This document shows positions 27,991 to 38,983 of a DNA stretch of 64,000 nucleotides, piece after piece. Origin of the DNA: Caecitellus pseudoparvulus (Eukaryota > Protista > Bigyra: Bicosoecida). A program made the translations under genes and the position numbers. Within the stretch, counting starts at the first letter, position 1; each line of letters begins with the position of its first letter. Below the pieces are notes generated by a model. That model did not search any database. It had not been told where the DNA came from and saw only the letters and a list, made by a program, of their open reading frames with translations. The stretch is taken from positions 434,001 through 498,000 of the forward strand of contig CBFFRQ010000057.1 of the NCBI GenBank assembly GCA_965644315.1. The letters are read 5' to 3'.

Positions 27991-30900
27991 ATGCCGCATG
28001 ATGAGAGGCTCATCGACTACTTTGCAGTTGTCCGGGTTTCACAGGGTGTGTGCAGCTGGCGCCGCTCGTCCAAAGGAGGCAAGCAAGCACGCAGTACGCC
28101 CGTGCTTTGCGCAGGTGCCGATGGGGCTCACTGGACTCATCTCGATCGTTTTCCGTTGCACGATCACCCTGATTCCCCTTTCAATCCAGACCAGCTGCCT
28201 GTACGAGCGGCAGCCGCCCTGCGTTTCAGTGCCGTTTCGCACCCCTCCCCGTGGCCACCCTGTTGCAGATGTGCATGCAACGGGCATGGGAAGGCGGTCA
28301 GAGCTGTGGGGCAGATATGGACTTTTATTCCGTAGCTTTCACTGATGCCGCCTATGTGACGACCTTCGCAGCATGTTTGCGGTTCAGCGACAATACAAGC
28401 GCTTCGGATGAGGCTTGGCAGCGACGCTTCCCTGCCTTGCTGGCCAGCGGCGAAGGCTCGCAGGCGCCACCTCCTTCAGACGCGTGTGACTCGCAGGACG
28501 AGGCGTCCACGGTGTGCATCATCTTCTCGCACTGGCCCTTGTTCGAGGTGTTCCACTCGCTGCTGCTGCAACTGCACCAGCTATACGTGCGGCCAACGGG
28601 CCACTGGCGGCACAGGTGGCTGGCTGAAGCCGGGCTGGCGGGCGGCTTGCCGCAGCACACAGCCATGAAGAGCGCCATCCCAATGGAGTCCCTGGTGCGG
28701 GCCGTGGCTGGCCTCCGGGCGCCGCAGCCCGGGCAGCTGCTGGCACTGTCGCTGCCCTGTGGCGAGGTGCCCGCAGCCAGGGACCAGCTGGCGTGGCCGA
28801 CGATGGATGACAGCGCCTTCGCCACACTCTTCGGCTGCCTCCGCCCAGCTCACGTCGCGCGCGTGCTGGCCAGCTTGCTGCTGGAGTGGCCTGTGCTCCT
28901 GCACAGTGCCAGCCAGTGGCGCCTGCAGGCTGCCTGCAGCGCGGTGTGTGCGCTCCTGGCGCCGCTGCAGTGGGAGTCGGTGGTGGTGCCTGTGCTGCCC
29001 CTGGAGTTGGTGGACATGATTGAGGCCCCTGTGCCTCACTTGGTGGGAGTCCTCACGCCCCACATGCACCTGCCAGCCGTGCAGGATGCGGCAGTGGAGG
29101 GCGGCTGCGTCGTCGTGTCCCTGGACACGGACCGCCTGGACGGACCAGGGGGGCGCTGGGGCGACAGCATGACCGACTCCCGGTCCGAAGCCACGTCTCT
29201 GACGGAGGCGGTGCGCATGGCGGGCGGGGGGCTTGAGCAGGACTCCCCGCGGGATGTGTTGTTCGGGGGAGGGGGGGTGATGTCCCCCCCCACGCCTGGG
29301 GCGCCGGGGCTGGACGTGGTGGGGGATGTCGCCGGCCGCGTGCCGTGCCTGCCCCCACCACTGCACTGCTCCTTGGTGGCGGCCCTGGCGGAGGTGGCCC
29401 CCGCCCCCCACCACGTAGTGGTGGTGGACGCACAGCCCTTCGCCAAGGCGGGGCTGCTCACAGAGACACTGCTCAGCGCGCCGGGCATGCAGGGGCCGCC
29501 CCACACGCTGACTGTCGGGCCGGCCTTCACCCAGTGTGGCGGCGCAGCGCCCCCTGCTCTGGGCAGTATGCTGTGCGTTGTGGAGGAGGAGGGGCATGGG
29601 AGCGGGGACGGGGGGACGTCAGTGGCCAGCTCGGCGGCCCGCCTGCCCATGCCGCCCACCCCGGGCCCACCGGTGGACGAGGGGGACGGGGATGACCACT
29701 GGCGAGACCTGTTCACCATCGCCACGCCCAGTGCCCCGGCACCCCTGCCGCCCAGTGCCGCGGCGCCCACACCCGCCGCCGCCACAGGGCAGGCAGAGGC
29801 CAGCCACACGACGGAGTTGCTGCTGGCCTTGCGACAGGAGCACGGCATGGGCCCAGTGTGGGCCAGGCAGGGGGGGGCGCCCTGGGCTGTGTACGTGCCG
29901 TGGGGGCACCCCGTCACCCAGCTCGGCGTGGAAGTGATGCATGCCACCCTGCACCAGCAGCGCCTCGCCGCCCTGCAGGAGCAGACAGAGCCCCCTCTGC
30001 CGGCGAAAGTGCCAGCGCCCCAGCCGGCCGCCGGCAGTCCCTCTCGACAGCGCTCCAATGCCGAGAGTGGCGGGGAGCTGCAGTTGCCAGGCGGGGTGGG
30101 CGCCCTGGGCGAGGCGCCCCGCGGCGTGCTGGGCGGCGCCACGTCCGCCTTCTCCGGCTGGGTGCGCAGTGCGCGAGCCATCGTCATGGAGGGCGTGCTG
30201 CAACTGCTGGCAACCGCGCCGGACTACTTGAGGCAGGTGCCCCGCGAAGCGGCACACTCGCCGCCCCCCGCCACCGGGTACGTGGACCTGACGGGGGGCA
30301 CTTGGTTTGACCGCCTGGCCTTCGCACAGGCAGCCCCGGCGCTGTGGCGGCCCTTCCTGCTGGGCCTCACACAAGGCCAGATCTTCACAAACTTCATCGG
30401 GCACCTGGCTGCCCTGCCGCCGGCGGCCACCGCCGCCGTGTCGGCCGCATCCTTGGGACACCCAGCCCCCTCTGGCCAGGACATGTGGCCTGCCAACTAC
30501 ACACCCTCCCGCACAGACGAGGCGTGCTGCATGTACCTGCACGTCAACGCGTTGTGGACAGCGGCGCAGGGGGGCATGGGGGGTGGCGCGGGGGCCCCCC
30601 CCTCCTTGCCCCTCCCCGCCCGCACCCAGCGCCGCCTGTGGCCTACCTTTCGCCGCGCCCAGGCTCAAGGGGACACGGCCGATGGGCAGGAGGGCGAGGC
30701 GGAGCAGCCGCGTGGGCGGCCGTGGGAGGCGCAGGCGGGGCCAGGTCGCGCGTACGCGGCGGGGTCCAGACCAGCCGTCACCGCCGCTGTGCTGCTGGGC
30801 GTGGCTACGTGCCCCACGCTGCCGCGGCAGCGGCCGCCAGCGCCACCCGTGACAGAGGGCTCAGGCGGCGCCCTGCATGTGCCTGGTATGCAGTGTGTGG

Positions 30901-32951
30901 CAGTGCCGCTGCTTGGCTGTGGGGGGGTGCTGCCCACCCCCCTGCACGTGCATGACGCACCCCCCCTCACGCCAGCCAGGGCGGCGCAGGGTGCGTGGCT
31001 GGGGTGCCTGCGCAAGGCAGTGACACAGCCCGCCGCGCAGTGGTATGTGGTGGGGGATGCTGCCATGGCCTCCGCAGACGTGCCTGCCTTGCCTCAGTTG
31101 CCGCCGCCCCAGCTGGCCCTGCCCTCTGCGAACTGCAGAGCCCGCCTGCCGAGGTGGGACCCGACGCTGCTGCTGGCGCCAGGGCCACAACCAGAGGGGG
31201 TGGCGCTGCCGCCTGTCCAGCTGCAGCACCTGCGCTCTGGCGCGGCTGTGCCGGATCGGGCGCTGAGGGGCAGCGCTGAGGCGCCTGCGGCCGTGGCTGG
31301 GGGCGGTGCCGCCGGCGCGCCCCTCACGCCGACACAGTCCCCGCCGCCCACAGCGCCCTCCACGCCGCCCCCCACTGCCCCTGCCGCCGTGGCCAAGGAG
31401 CTCAACGCTCTGCTCGCCACGGGCAAGCTCCGCCGCGTGAGCATGCGCCTGTCCCAGGCCAAGGCGGCCTGGGCTTCCAGCGAGGAGCAGGGGGGTGCGC
31501 AGGGGGTGGGCAGGGAAGACAGCAGCCCCCGCCAGCGCGCAGCCACGATCCATGCCACCCCCAGCCCCACACGCAGGCAAGGCAGCCACCGCCGGTCGGT
31601 CAGCGGCTCTGGCACGCTGCCTGTCGTCGGCCGGGCAACACCCACCTCGCCACGCGGGGCGGCCCCCACCCCAGACGCTGTGCAGAGCCGGCCCCGCTCA
31701 GGCAGCGACACCCTCCTGCCCGTGGTCGAGCAGGGCGTCGCAGGAGAGGGGTCGGGCGCCCTTGTGCAGGCCCTCATGCAGCAGTTGGCGTCTGCCCGCA
31801 GCGCCAGTGGCCCTCTGCTGGCTCAGCTGGGCATGGCGCGGTCGCGTGCCGCCTCCACCCTGGCCGCCCTCGCAGACACCCAGGCGCGCATGCGGACGGC
31901 ACAGGCAGAGGCGCGCACCGCGTCACGCCACGCCGCCGAGTCCAAGGCACAGGTGTCGGCGCTGGTGCTGCGCCTGCACGAGGCGCGGGATGACGTGGCC
32001 ATCCTGCGCGCGCAGGTGCAGGCGCTGGAGGAGGAGGTGGCAGATGCTGCCCTGGCAGGCCGTGGAGTGGGGGCCGCCGACACTGCGCCAGAGTTCAAGG
32101 GCACCCTGGGCGTCACTGCCCCCGCCCCGCCGCCGCCCAGCCCCAGTGACGCCTCCCTACACTCGTACATCCAGGAGCTGCAGGTGCAGCTGCAGGAGGA
32201 GCGGCAGCTGCGCGAAGCCCTGCTGCGGGATGTGCAGCGCACCGCCGGCGTGACGCAGCGTGAGGTGCCCGCCCACGTGCACGCGGTGCAAGACCTGCAC
32301 GCCAAGCTGAAGGCCATGGCGGGGGCCGTCGCGGAGAAGGCGGTGTTGCTGCACACCGCCTACGGCCACATGCTACCGCGGCAGCCCCTGCGCCAGGACA
32401 GGCAGCTGCTGCAGGCCCTCTTGCAGCAGGAGCAGGGCGGCGGGCGGGAGCAGCCAGAGGGGCAGCGCCAGGCGGCGGAGGGGGCCGCCTTCGCAGCTGC
32501 CGTGGCGCGGAACCTGCGCAGCGTGCTGCCAGCGCCGCGGGCCGGCGCCCCCCGTGCGTGGCAGGGGGCGCACGTCGTGGCGGCGCTGCGGGCCGACGTG
32601 GCCATGCTGGCGCACGGGCTGCTGCACCTGTCCCAACTGCTGGAGGGCGTGGAGGGCGCTGCCCGCGGCGCGCCCCTCAGCCAGACGCTGCCCTCCCCCA
32701 AGGCGCGCCGGACGTCGCCCCCCACCCGGCGCCTGGACACCACCCCCTCCCCCTCCCGGACACCTGCCGTGCCCCTGAGCATGACGGCCCCCGCCTCCCC
32801 CAAGCACAGCCCGCCGTCCGGGCGTGTGGCGGGGGTGGTGCACCGCGTTGCTGAGCGCGTGCAGGCGGGGCAGAGAGCGCCAGCCGGGGCTCGCCGGCGC
32901 CTGCACAGTGAGCGCCAGGCGCTGCAAGACCTGCTGCAGGGGACGCAGTGA
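27991..32951 (+). CDS. DENN-domain protein (putative Rab GEF) with low-complexity and coiled-coil C-terminus
   Basis: uDENN LIDYFAVV / RFPLHDHPDSPF; cDENN CIIFSHWPLFEVF, LLLEWPVLL, ALLAPLQWESVVVPVLP, EAPVPHLVG; dDENN FLLGLTQGQIFTNFI. Introns ~28046-28114 and 28201-28268. Confidence 0.88.
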
Positions 32952-32958
32952 ATGCATT
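32951..32958. promoter_or_regulatory. Palindromic AATGCATT, candidate bidirectional polyadenylation signal
   Basis: Lies in the 27-nt gap between convergent stops; the same palindrome is at 52965-52972 and a split form at 47342-47354. Confidence 0.5.
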
Positions 32959-32978
32959 GTCGTCGCTGCCGCCGGCGC

Positions 32979-34708
32979 TCAGTGCGTGGGCGCGCCCAGC
33001 AAGGATGTGCCAGGCCGCGCCGTGTGGCCGAAGCCACCCCCTCCCGCCCGGGCCTGCAGCGCTGCGAACTGGCTCGCATTGCGGGCGTACAGGGGGTTGT
33101 GCTGGCTGGGCAAGGGGGCCACGGGGACCGGCGCAGGTGGCGCAGCTGCCGGCGACGGCTCTGCCGTGGCTGGTGCAGCCGCCGGCGCCGGCTGCTTCAA
33201 GTACTCGCCCAGGTCTGCCAGGCTGACCACCCGGGCGGCGGGGCTAGCCCGCATCTCCCGCGGGGTGTGGTCGGCCCGGAAGCCCAGCCACATCTCCCCC
33301 TGGTCCATGGCGGGGTCTGCTGGCAGACCCGCGTTGTTCTTGGTACTCGTCTGGCTGGCAGTGGGGTCCCGGAACAGCGAGCTGAGCCGCTGTTCCTGCG
33401 CCGCCGCCTCCGGCGTCACTGCCGGCGCCGCCACCTGCCCCTCCTCCCCCGGCAGGGCCAGCGGCCGAGGCGGCACATACACCTGCAGCGGCACCATGAG
33501 GGCAGCTTCCCCTGCAGCTGCCTTCTCCAGCTTGGCCTCGCCCAGCCCCCCCTCGGCGCGGCGCAGGGCTGTGAAGTTGGCGTGGCTGCCGTCCCCCGTG
33601 CGCAGGTCGCTGAGGTCCCCCGACTTCTCCCGCGTGACGGCCTCGGGCGGCAGCCGCGCGTCGAACAGGCGCACGTCCGTCAGGCCCGTCCCTGCGCTGA
33701 GGTCCTTGCGGTCCTTGCTGGACTTGTCGCCCTTGCCGTCGCCCCACTTCACGAAGTACGTCTTGGCTTTGGCCTCCCCGCCCCCGCCGCCGCCGCTGCC
33801 ACTGCCCTTGCGCACGAGGATGCCCTTCACTGGCGCCGCGGCGGCTGCCGCAGAGGGCCGGGGGCGCGAGGACGCTGCCTGGCTCGCAGCGGCGTCTGAC
33901 GCAGCGGCCGCTGCCGCCGCCTCAGGCACGCGTGGCAGGGCGTTCCCCCCACTGCCGCTGCCGGGGGTGGAGGGCGGCGCAGGGGCAGGGGCAGGTGGTT
34001 CCGCTGGTGCTGGCGCGCTGGCCCCTGCGAAGCCTGACGCCAGCTTGCCGAAGCCTGCGAAGGCGCCCGCTGCCGAGGCGGAGGAGGCAGCGTCCCCCCC
34101 CGACGTGCGCGGCACCGACCGGCGGGCGTCACTGCCACTGGCGGCGCCTGGCGCGGGGCGCTTGCGCTTGCGGTCCTTGCGTGCCGTCACGAAGTCCTTC
34201 AGCTGCTCCTCCACCTGGCGAGCCAGCGGCGCTGCCGCCGCGTCGCCCTCCTTGCCCAGCTGGCGCATGCGCTTGCCCAGCTTGCTGGCCTTGGTCACCT
34301 GGAACAGCTCCTCGTTGTCGAAGTTCCGGGCAGCGTACACGCGCGTGAGCACCTGCAGGGCAGCCGGGTGGGCATGGTGAGCACTGCACGGCAAGACGCC
34401 GAGCCTGGCGCTGTGGCAAGCTCCCTCACCTTCAGCGCGGCTGGGTAGGCGTCCGTGTAGCGACTGGAGTGCAGCAGGGGCATGAGGCTGGCCAGGCCGT
34501 CCTTCACCATGAACCGCAGTACATCTTGGTCCCGGGCGCCAGCCAGTGTGCGCACGGCCCCACGGGCATCCTGCGAGGGGACGCACAGCGTTGTGCTGGC
34601 ATGACCACAGCGGAAATAGGAGCCACGCCCCCCACTCACATCTTTCCCCTTTTTCAAAGCCGCAATCACAGCCGACCTGCTGAAGGCAGCAGAACCTTCG
34701 GCTGCCAT
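32979..34708 (-). CDS. PNUTS/PPP1R10-like protein (TFIIS-N-like domain + PP1-docking motif)
   Basis: N-terminal LFQVTKASKLGKRMRQL (TFIIS-N like); KGILV...FVKW...LTDVRLF resembles SILK/RVxW docking. Introns 34571-34639 and 34353-34429. Confidence 0.6.
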
Positions 34709-35341
34709 CTCTCTGTGCAGCTGCCTGCAGGCACAAAGGCTGGGCCCAGAAGCAAGCGCGAGGGCGCCGCCGAGCGAGCTGCGGTATTTGAGCCCACTCG
34801 GTGCGCAGACAGCCCCACTGCACACACAAGCGTCCAGAGAGCTGAAGGCCGCACAGGAACGCAGGCAGGGTGCAAGCACAATGTTGAGTTGCCTGCCACG
34901 CTGCTGATCACACCGATTGGCCCGGAGTGTGTTGTGCAGGGGTGGAGCAAGTGCGGCGCAGACTTGTGGCTCCTGCGCAGGAGCCACGCCGCGTGTGTGG
35001 GCGTGCCGCACGGCAGCGCTCGACCACGGCATGGGTGGGGGGGGTGAAGGGCGCCTTCAAGCAGCCGCTGCATTGGGGGTGGAGCGTTCGGGGTGCCCTC
35101 ACCGTCCAGCTAAGCTGGAGCGGGTGGGGACAGCCACCGAAGGCACACCCTAAACCTGACCAGGTTTCGCGGTCAACCCATCACAATCACATGCCACCCA
35201 AACCTGAGGGTGGCCAACAGCAAGGCAGGCCGACGCCTGCAGCCAAGACTGGGCAGCCAAAGGCCGTACAGCCTGGGCGTGCAGGCGCCAGCTCAGGCCG
35301 ACGGGACGGGAGCCCTGCCCCGTCGGCCCCTGCACACCAGC

Positions 35342-36243
35342 TCACTCTGCATCTTCGTCGTCTCCTTCCATGTCCCACGTGGCGTCCTCGCCGTCCTGGC
35401 TCGGCGGCAACAGCAAGGCTGCAGCTTTTGAAGCGATGGACGTGGAAGCCAGGGACGCCTCTGCCTCCTCCGAGCTGGTGAGGTCCTGGGGGGCTGACGG
35501 AGCAGAGGGCGAGCAGGAGCAGGTGAAGTGCACAATCTCCTTGCGGCTACGGTTGACGAAGAAGTAATTGAAGCTCCACCTGCGCAGGCGGCGGGGTGAC
35601 GCACGGGTGCGGAAAGTGGTGGCGTTTCTCGACAACGGCACGCGACGTACAAGTTCGGCGCGCCGCCGTCCTCCTCGGGCTGGTCGCCCACGAAGGTGAA
35701 GATGTCACACTCCTTCAAGCCCACAGCCCTGTCAATGCTGCTCCACAGCGTCGTGAGCAGGCTCGCGCCGTCCACATCAGCCAGCCTTGCGTTCACTGCC
35801 TGTGCCACGTCCATGAGGCTGCCCGCGCGGACAAAGTCCGCGGGGGACACGCCGCTGTGCAAGGAAGCGGCGGCAGCGAGGGACGTGAGGGGGGCCTTGT
35901 CCACACCTGCATGGCCTGCGCGGCTTGGGCTCGCGCCAGGCACGCACTCAAAGGTGAGATCAGGCGAAGCAGAGTTCAAGGTGGTGATGAGATTCGCCAG
36001 CAACTTTCGAGACGCCTGCAGGTGCATGTCTCCCAGGGCCGAGTAAGTCAGCTCAGGGGAGTCAGGCTGTTCCTCCAGGTGCCTCAGAATGCGATCCTCG
36101 ATCTCGCGTGCACTGTGGCGGCTGCGACGGGCCATCTTGCCAGCCAAGTACTTGTCAATGCGGCACACTCGCGAAACGCCATTCTGGCGGCCTGAAATCA
36201 CAGCCGCCAGAAGGCCCAACGCGGGTACCTCAATGTATTTCAT
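35342..36243 (-). CDS. MAF1: Repressor of RNA polymerase III transcription MAF1
   Basis: MKYIE start; RKLLANLITTLNSASPD, LWSSIDRAVGLKECDIFTF, spliced NLWSFNYFFVNRSRKEIVHFTC, acidic tail. Introns 35855-35947 and 35580-35650. Confidence 0.9.
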
Positions 36244-36561
36244 GCTTGGTGGGCTAGGTTTGTTTGGTCATCAATGGAGTAAGGGCCGTCCGGGGGAAGG
36301 TCCAAGCAATGGGCAGAAAGGCTCGGCTGAAACGCCGGCTTACTGCCGCTGCATGCTGGGGGAGCTGCCGGGGCACACGCACCGGCTGTAGGCACCACGT
36401 TGCAACGCACGCCACTCATTGGCAGTGCGAGGTCCTTCGTAAATTACATCGCCGCCAGTTTGCAGACTGCGCAACGCACGCCACGCCGAGGGGGTGGTGA
36501 GGGGGGGGTCGTGCAAAGGCGTGGCAACGCCATGCGCTGAGAAACGCGCTGGTGCGCTGGG

Positions 36562-38305
36562 TCAATCATCCACGTCAGTCCAGCGCAGAAGGAGGGGCTG
36601 CTCCGGCGCCAAGACGCCGCGCTCCAGCTTCACAGGCGGCTCCGCACTTGCAGCGAAGGAGACAGGCGCATAGTGGTGCGTCGGCGCCTTGCCGGAGTGA
36701 ATCACGACGATGTTCCCAGACAGCTCCTCCTCCAGCTCCGATGCGTACGTGCGCAGGGCCAAGCCGAAGCCGCTCGTGCCGCCAGCCTTGCCGCCTTGCC
36801 GCTCCGTCGTGTAGCCCTTGTTGGCGTGCTGGGTGGCGGAGGCCGCCGCGGCGGCACCAGTCGTGATTTCAATGCGCCCTTTCGTGGCTCCGCGCTGCAG
36901 CACCCGCCGGTTGGCCTGCACACGACTCGCCCGCCCCTCGCTGGGCTGCCGGCTGGGCGCCTCTGCGAACTTGATGCGGGACCGAGGCGCCCCTGCTTCG
37001 CCACCTGCCTCGGCAGCTGGCTGTGGAGCAGGCGCTGGCGCTGCCGGGGCAGGCGCAGCGTCGCCCGGCCCTCCAGCTGCAGGCTGCTCAGGCGCCGGCG
37101 CAACGCTGGCACTCTTGCGCCTGCTGGCAGAGGGCGCTTCGCCGCCCAGCAGTCGCATGCCGTGCATGGTGCTCATGGCCTCAGCGCCATCTGGGATGTC
37201 GGCTGCCGCTGGCAGGGCCGTGGTGTAGTTCACAACGTGCGTGCGGCGAGGGGGCAGCAGCCCCGCCATTTCCAGCACCACGGCCACGAACTCAGCGCTG
37301 ACGATGCCCTCCACGTCGTGCTCCAGCGGCACGCGGGTCAGTGGGATCTTCGATATGCCATCAATCAGCTCTGCGTGAAGGGGGTGGCGGGGGGGGGAGG
37401 AACAGTGCCTGTGCCGAGCAGTGCAGCGCCAGGCTGCGCACCGCCACCGCACCTGTCAGCGAAATGCGCCCGTCTTGGTCCACGTCAATGAGGCGCTGCA
37501 GAGCAGCCGCCTCGGCAGTGCTCACAGATGAGCCCTTCAGGTCCGCCAGCATGTCCTTGATTTCGCCAGGCTCAATGTACCCTGACCGGTCAGCGTCGGC
37601 ACGGTTGAAGGCGCGAGTCAACTCCAGCCGGGCTTGGGGCGGCACCTCCTGCAGCGCAGCAGCCACGCGAGTCAGCACCTTGCCCATGAGCACTTGTGCA
37701 AAGGGGGGCAAGTCGCTGCGCCCCGCGAACACCGCTGCAGACTGCGTCCGCGATGTGTCCTCCCCTGCCCGGCCGCTGATGTCCGCGCCGCGTGCCGAGG
37801 CAGCTGCCTCCTGCTCCTGCCACGTCACGCCCCGCGCAGCCACCTTCAGCACGCGCAGCAGCACTTCGTTCGCTTGGATGCGCTCTGCTCGAGACAACCT
37901 CAGCTTGCGCACGTACACCTGGGCGGGGCGAGGGCAGTGCCGCGGTGCGCTGCTCGCCGTCGCCGCGACGCTCCCCGGACAACTCACCTCAGTGCCGCTC
38001 TTCATCAGGCGCTTGAACCAGCGGCGGCCAGGGAGCAGCTCCAAGCCCCCAGTGGACATGAAGGCAACGTACAGCTTGTGGCGGTGCTCCAGAACCATGG
38101 CCACGTGCGAGAACTGCTGCATGTGGTGCAGCTCTGCTGAGAAGTACCTGCCCGATGTGGCAGAGAAGATGGTGCGGGCGATGTTCACATTCATCGCAGC
38201 GTCCCCGTCCACTCGCACTGCCTGCCGCAAGAGCAAGATGTCTCCGTTTTCCAATTCCGTCACCTGCACTGGCTTCGCCGCCGGCTTGCTGTCGCTGGCG
38301 CCCAT
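36562..38305 (-). CDS. N-myristoylated EF-hand protein with permuted papain-like (YiiX/NlpC-P60-type) fold
   Basis: MGASDS; LENGDILLL...FSHVAMV...VYVRKL...IVSAEFVAVVLEMAGLLP; EF hands DADRSGYIEPGE and DVDQDGRISLTE. Introns 37919-37987 and 37371-37452. Confidence 0.7.
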
Positions 38306-38983
38306 TGTGTGTGTGTAACGTGCTGCTCGGGCTCAGCTGCGCTTGCCTTCCTGCAGGAGTGTAGGGGTCAATGAAGACCAAAAAGTACGACACACTAGCA
38401 CCACCCAGTGCTAAGTCCGCCTCAGGCAGGGAACTCGCGGCAGGCTTCCCTCAGACGGCGCAGCGCTGGACTGAGCGATTGGATCTGAGTGCAACGCGCA
38501 TGAAACGCTGGCTCCGAACTGCACCCTGCTTGGAAGGAGCAGCGACACGAGTCACAGGAAGTAAAGCAGCCAAGAAGTTTCAGCGAGGGGAACTTTCATT
38601 CGAGGGCGTTTTTGTGTTGCCTTTCATAGTGATGCGTCGTGAGGAGGGACCAAATCCACGTGCCAAGTTCCCGCTCCAATCTGATGGATATGAAAATCTC
38701 GAGAGCGCGGGAATCTTTCGCGGAGGGCTCGGCCAGGTGAGTCCTATACCAACGAACATTTTCCTTCACACGGCTGACGACCAGGCTAAGCCGCACACGA
38801 TGCTGCCTGTCGTTCTTTCTGGCCGAGCACGCACTCTTTCACCTTTCGCAACGCAGGAGAGTGGCCAGCAGCGCACAATTTCCGCAGGTCTGCAAGTCAC
38901 CTGGCGAGACGGGCCGTTGCCCTTTAACTGCCTCATCCCGCGGTGACAGGGAAGTGGGGTTTGTGGCCAGCTTCCTTCATCTC

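Noticed and set aside
38371-38946. 191-aa plus-strand ORF upstream of the cyclase
   Set aside because: No motifs, atypical composition, and it lies in a divergent promoter region; probably non-coding.
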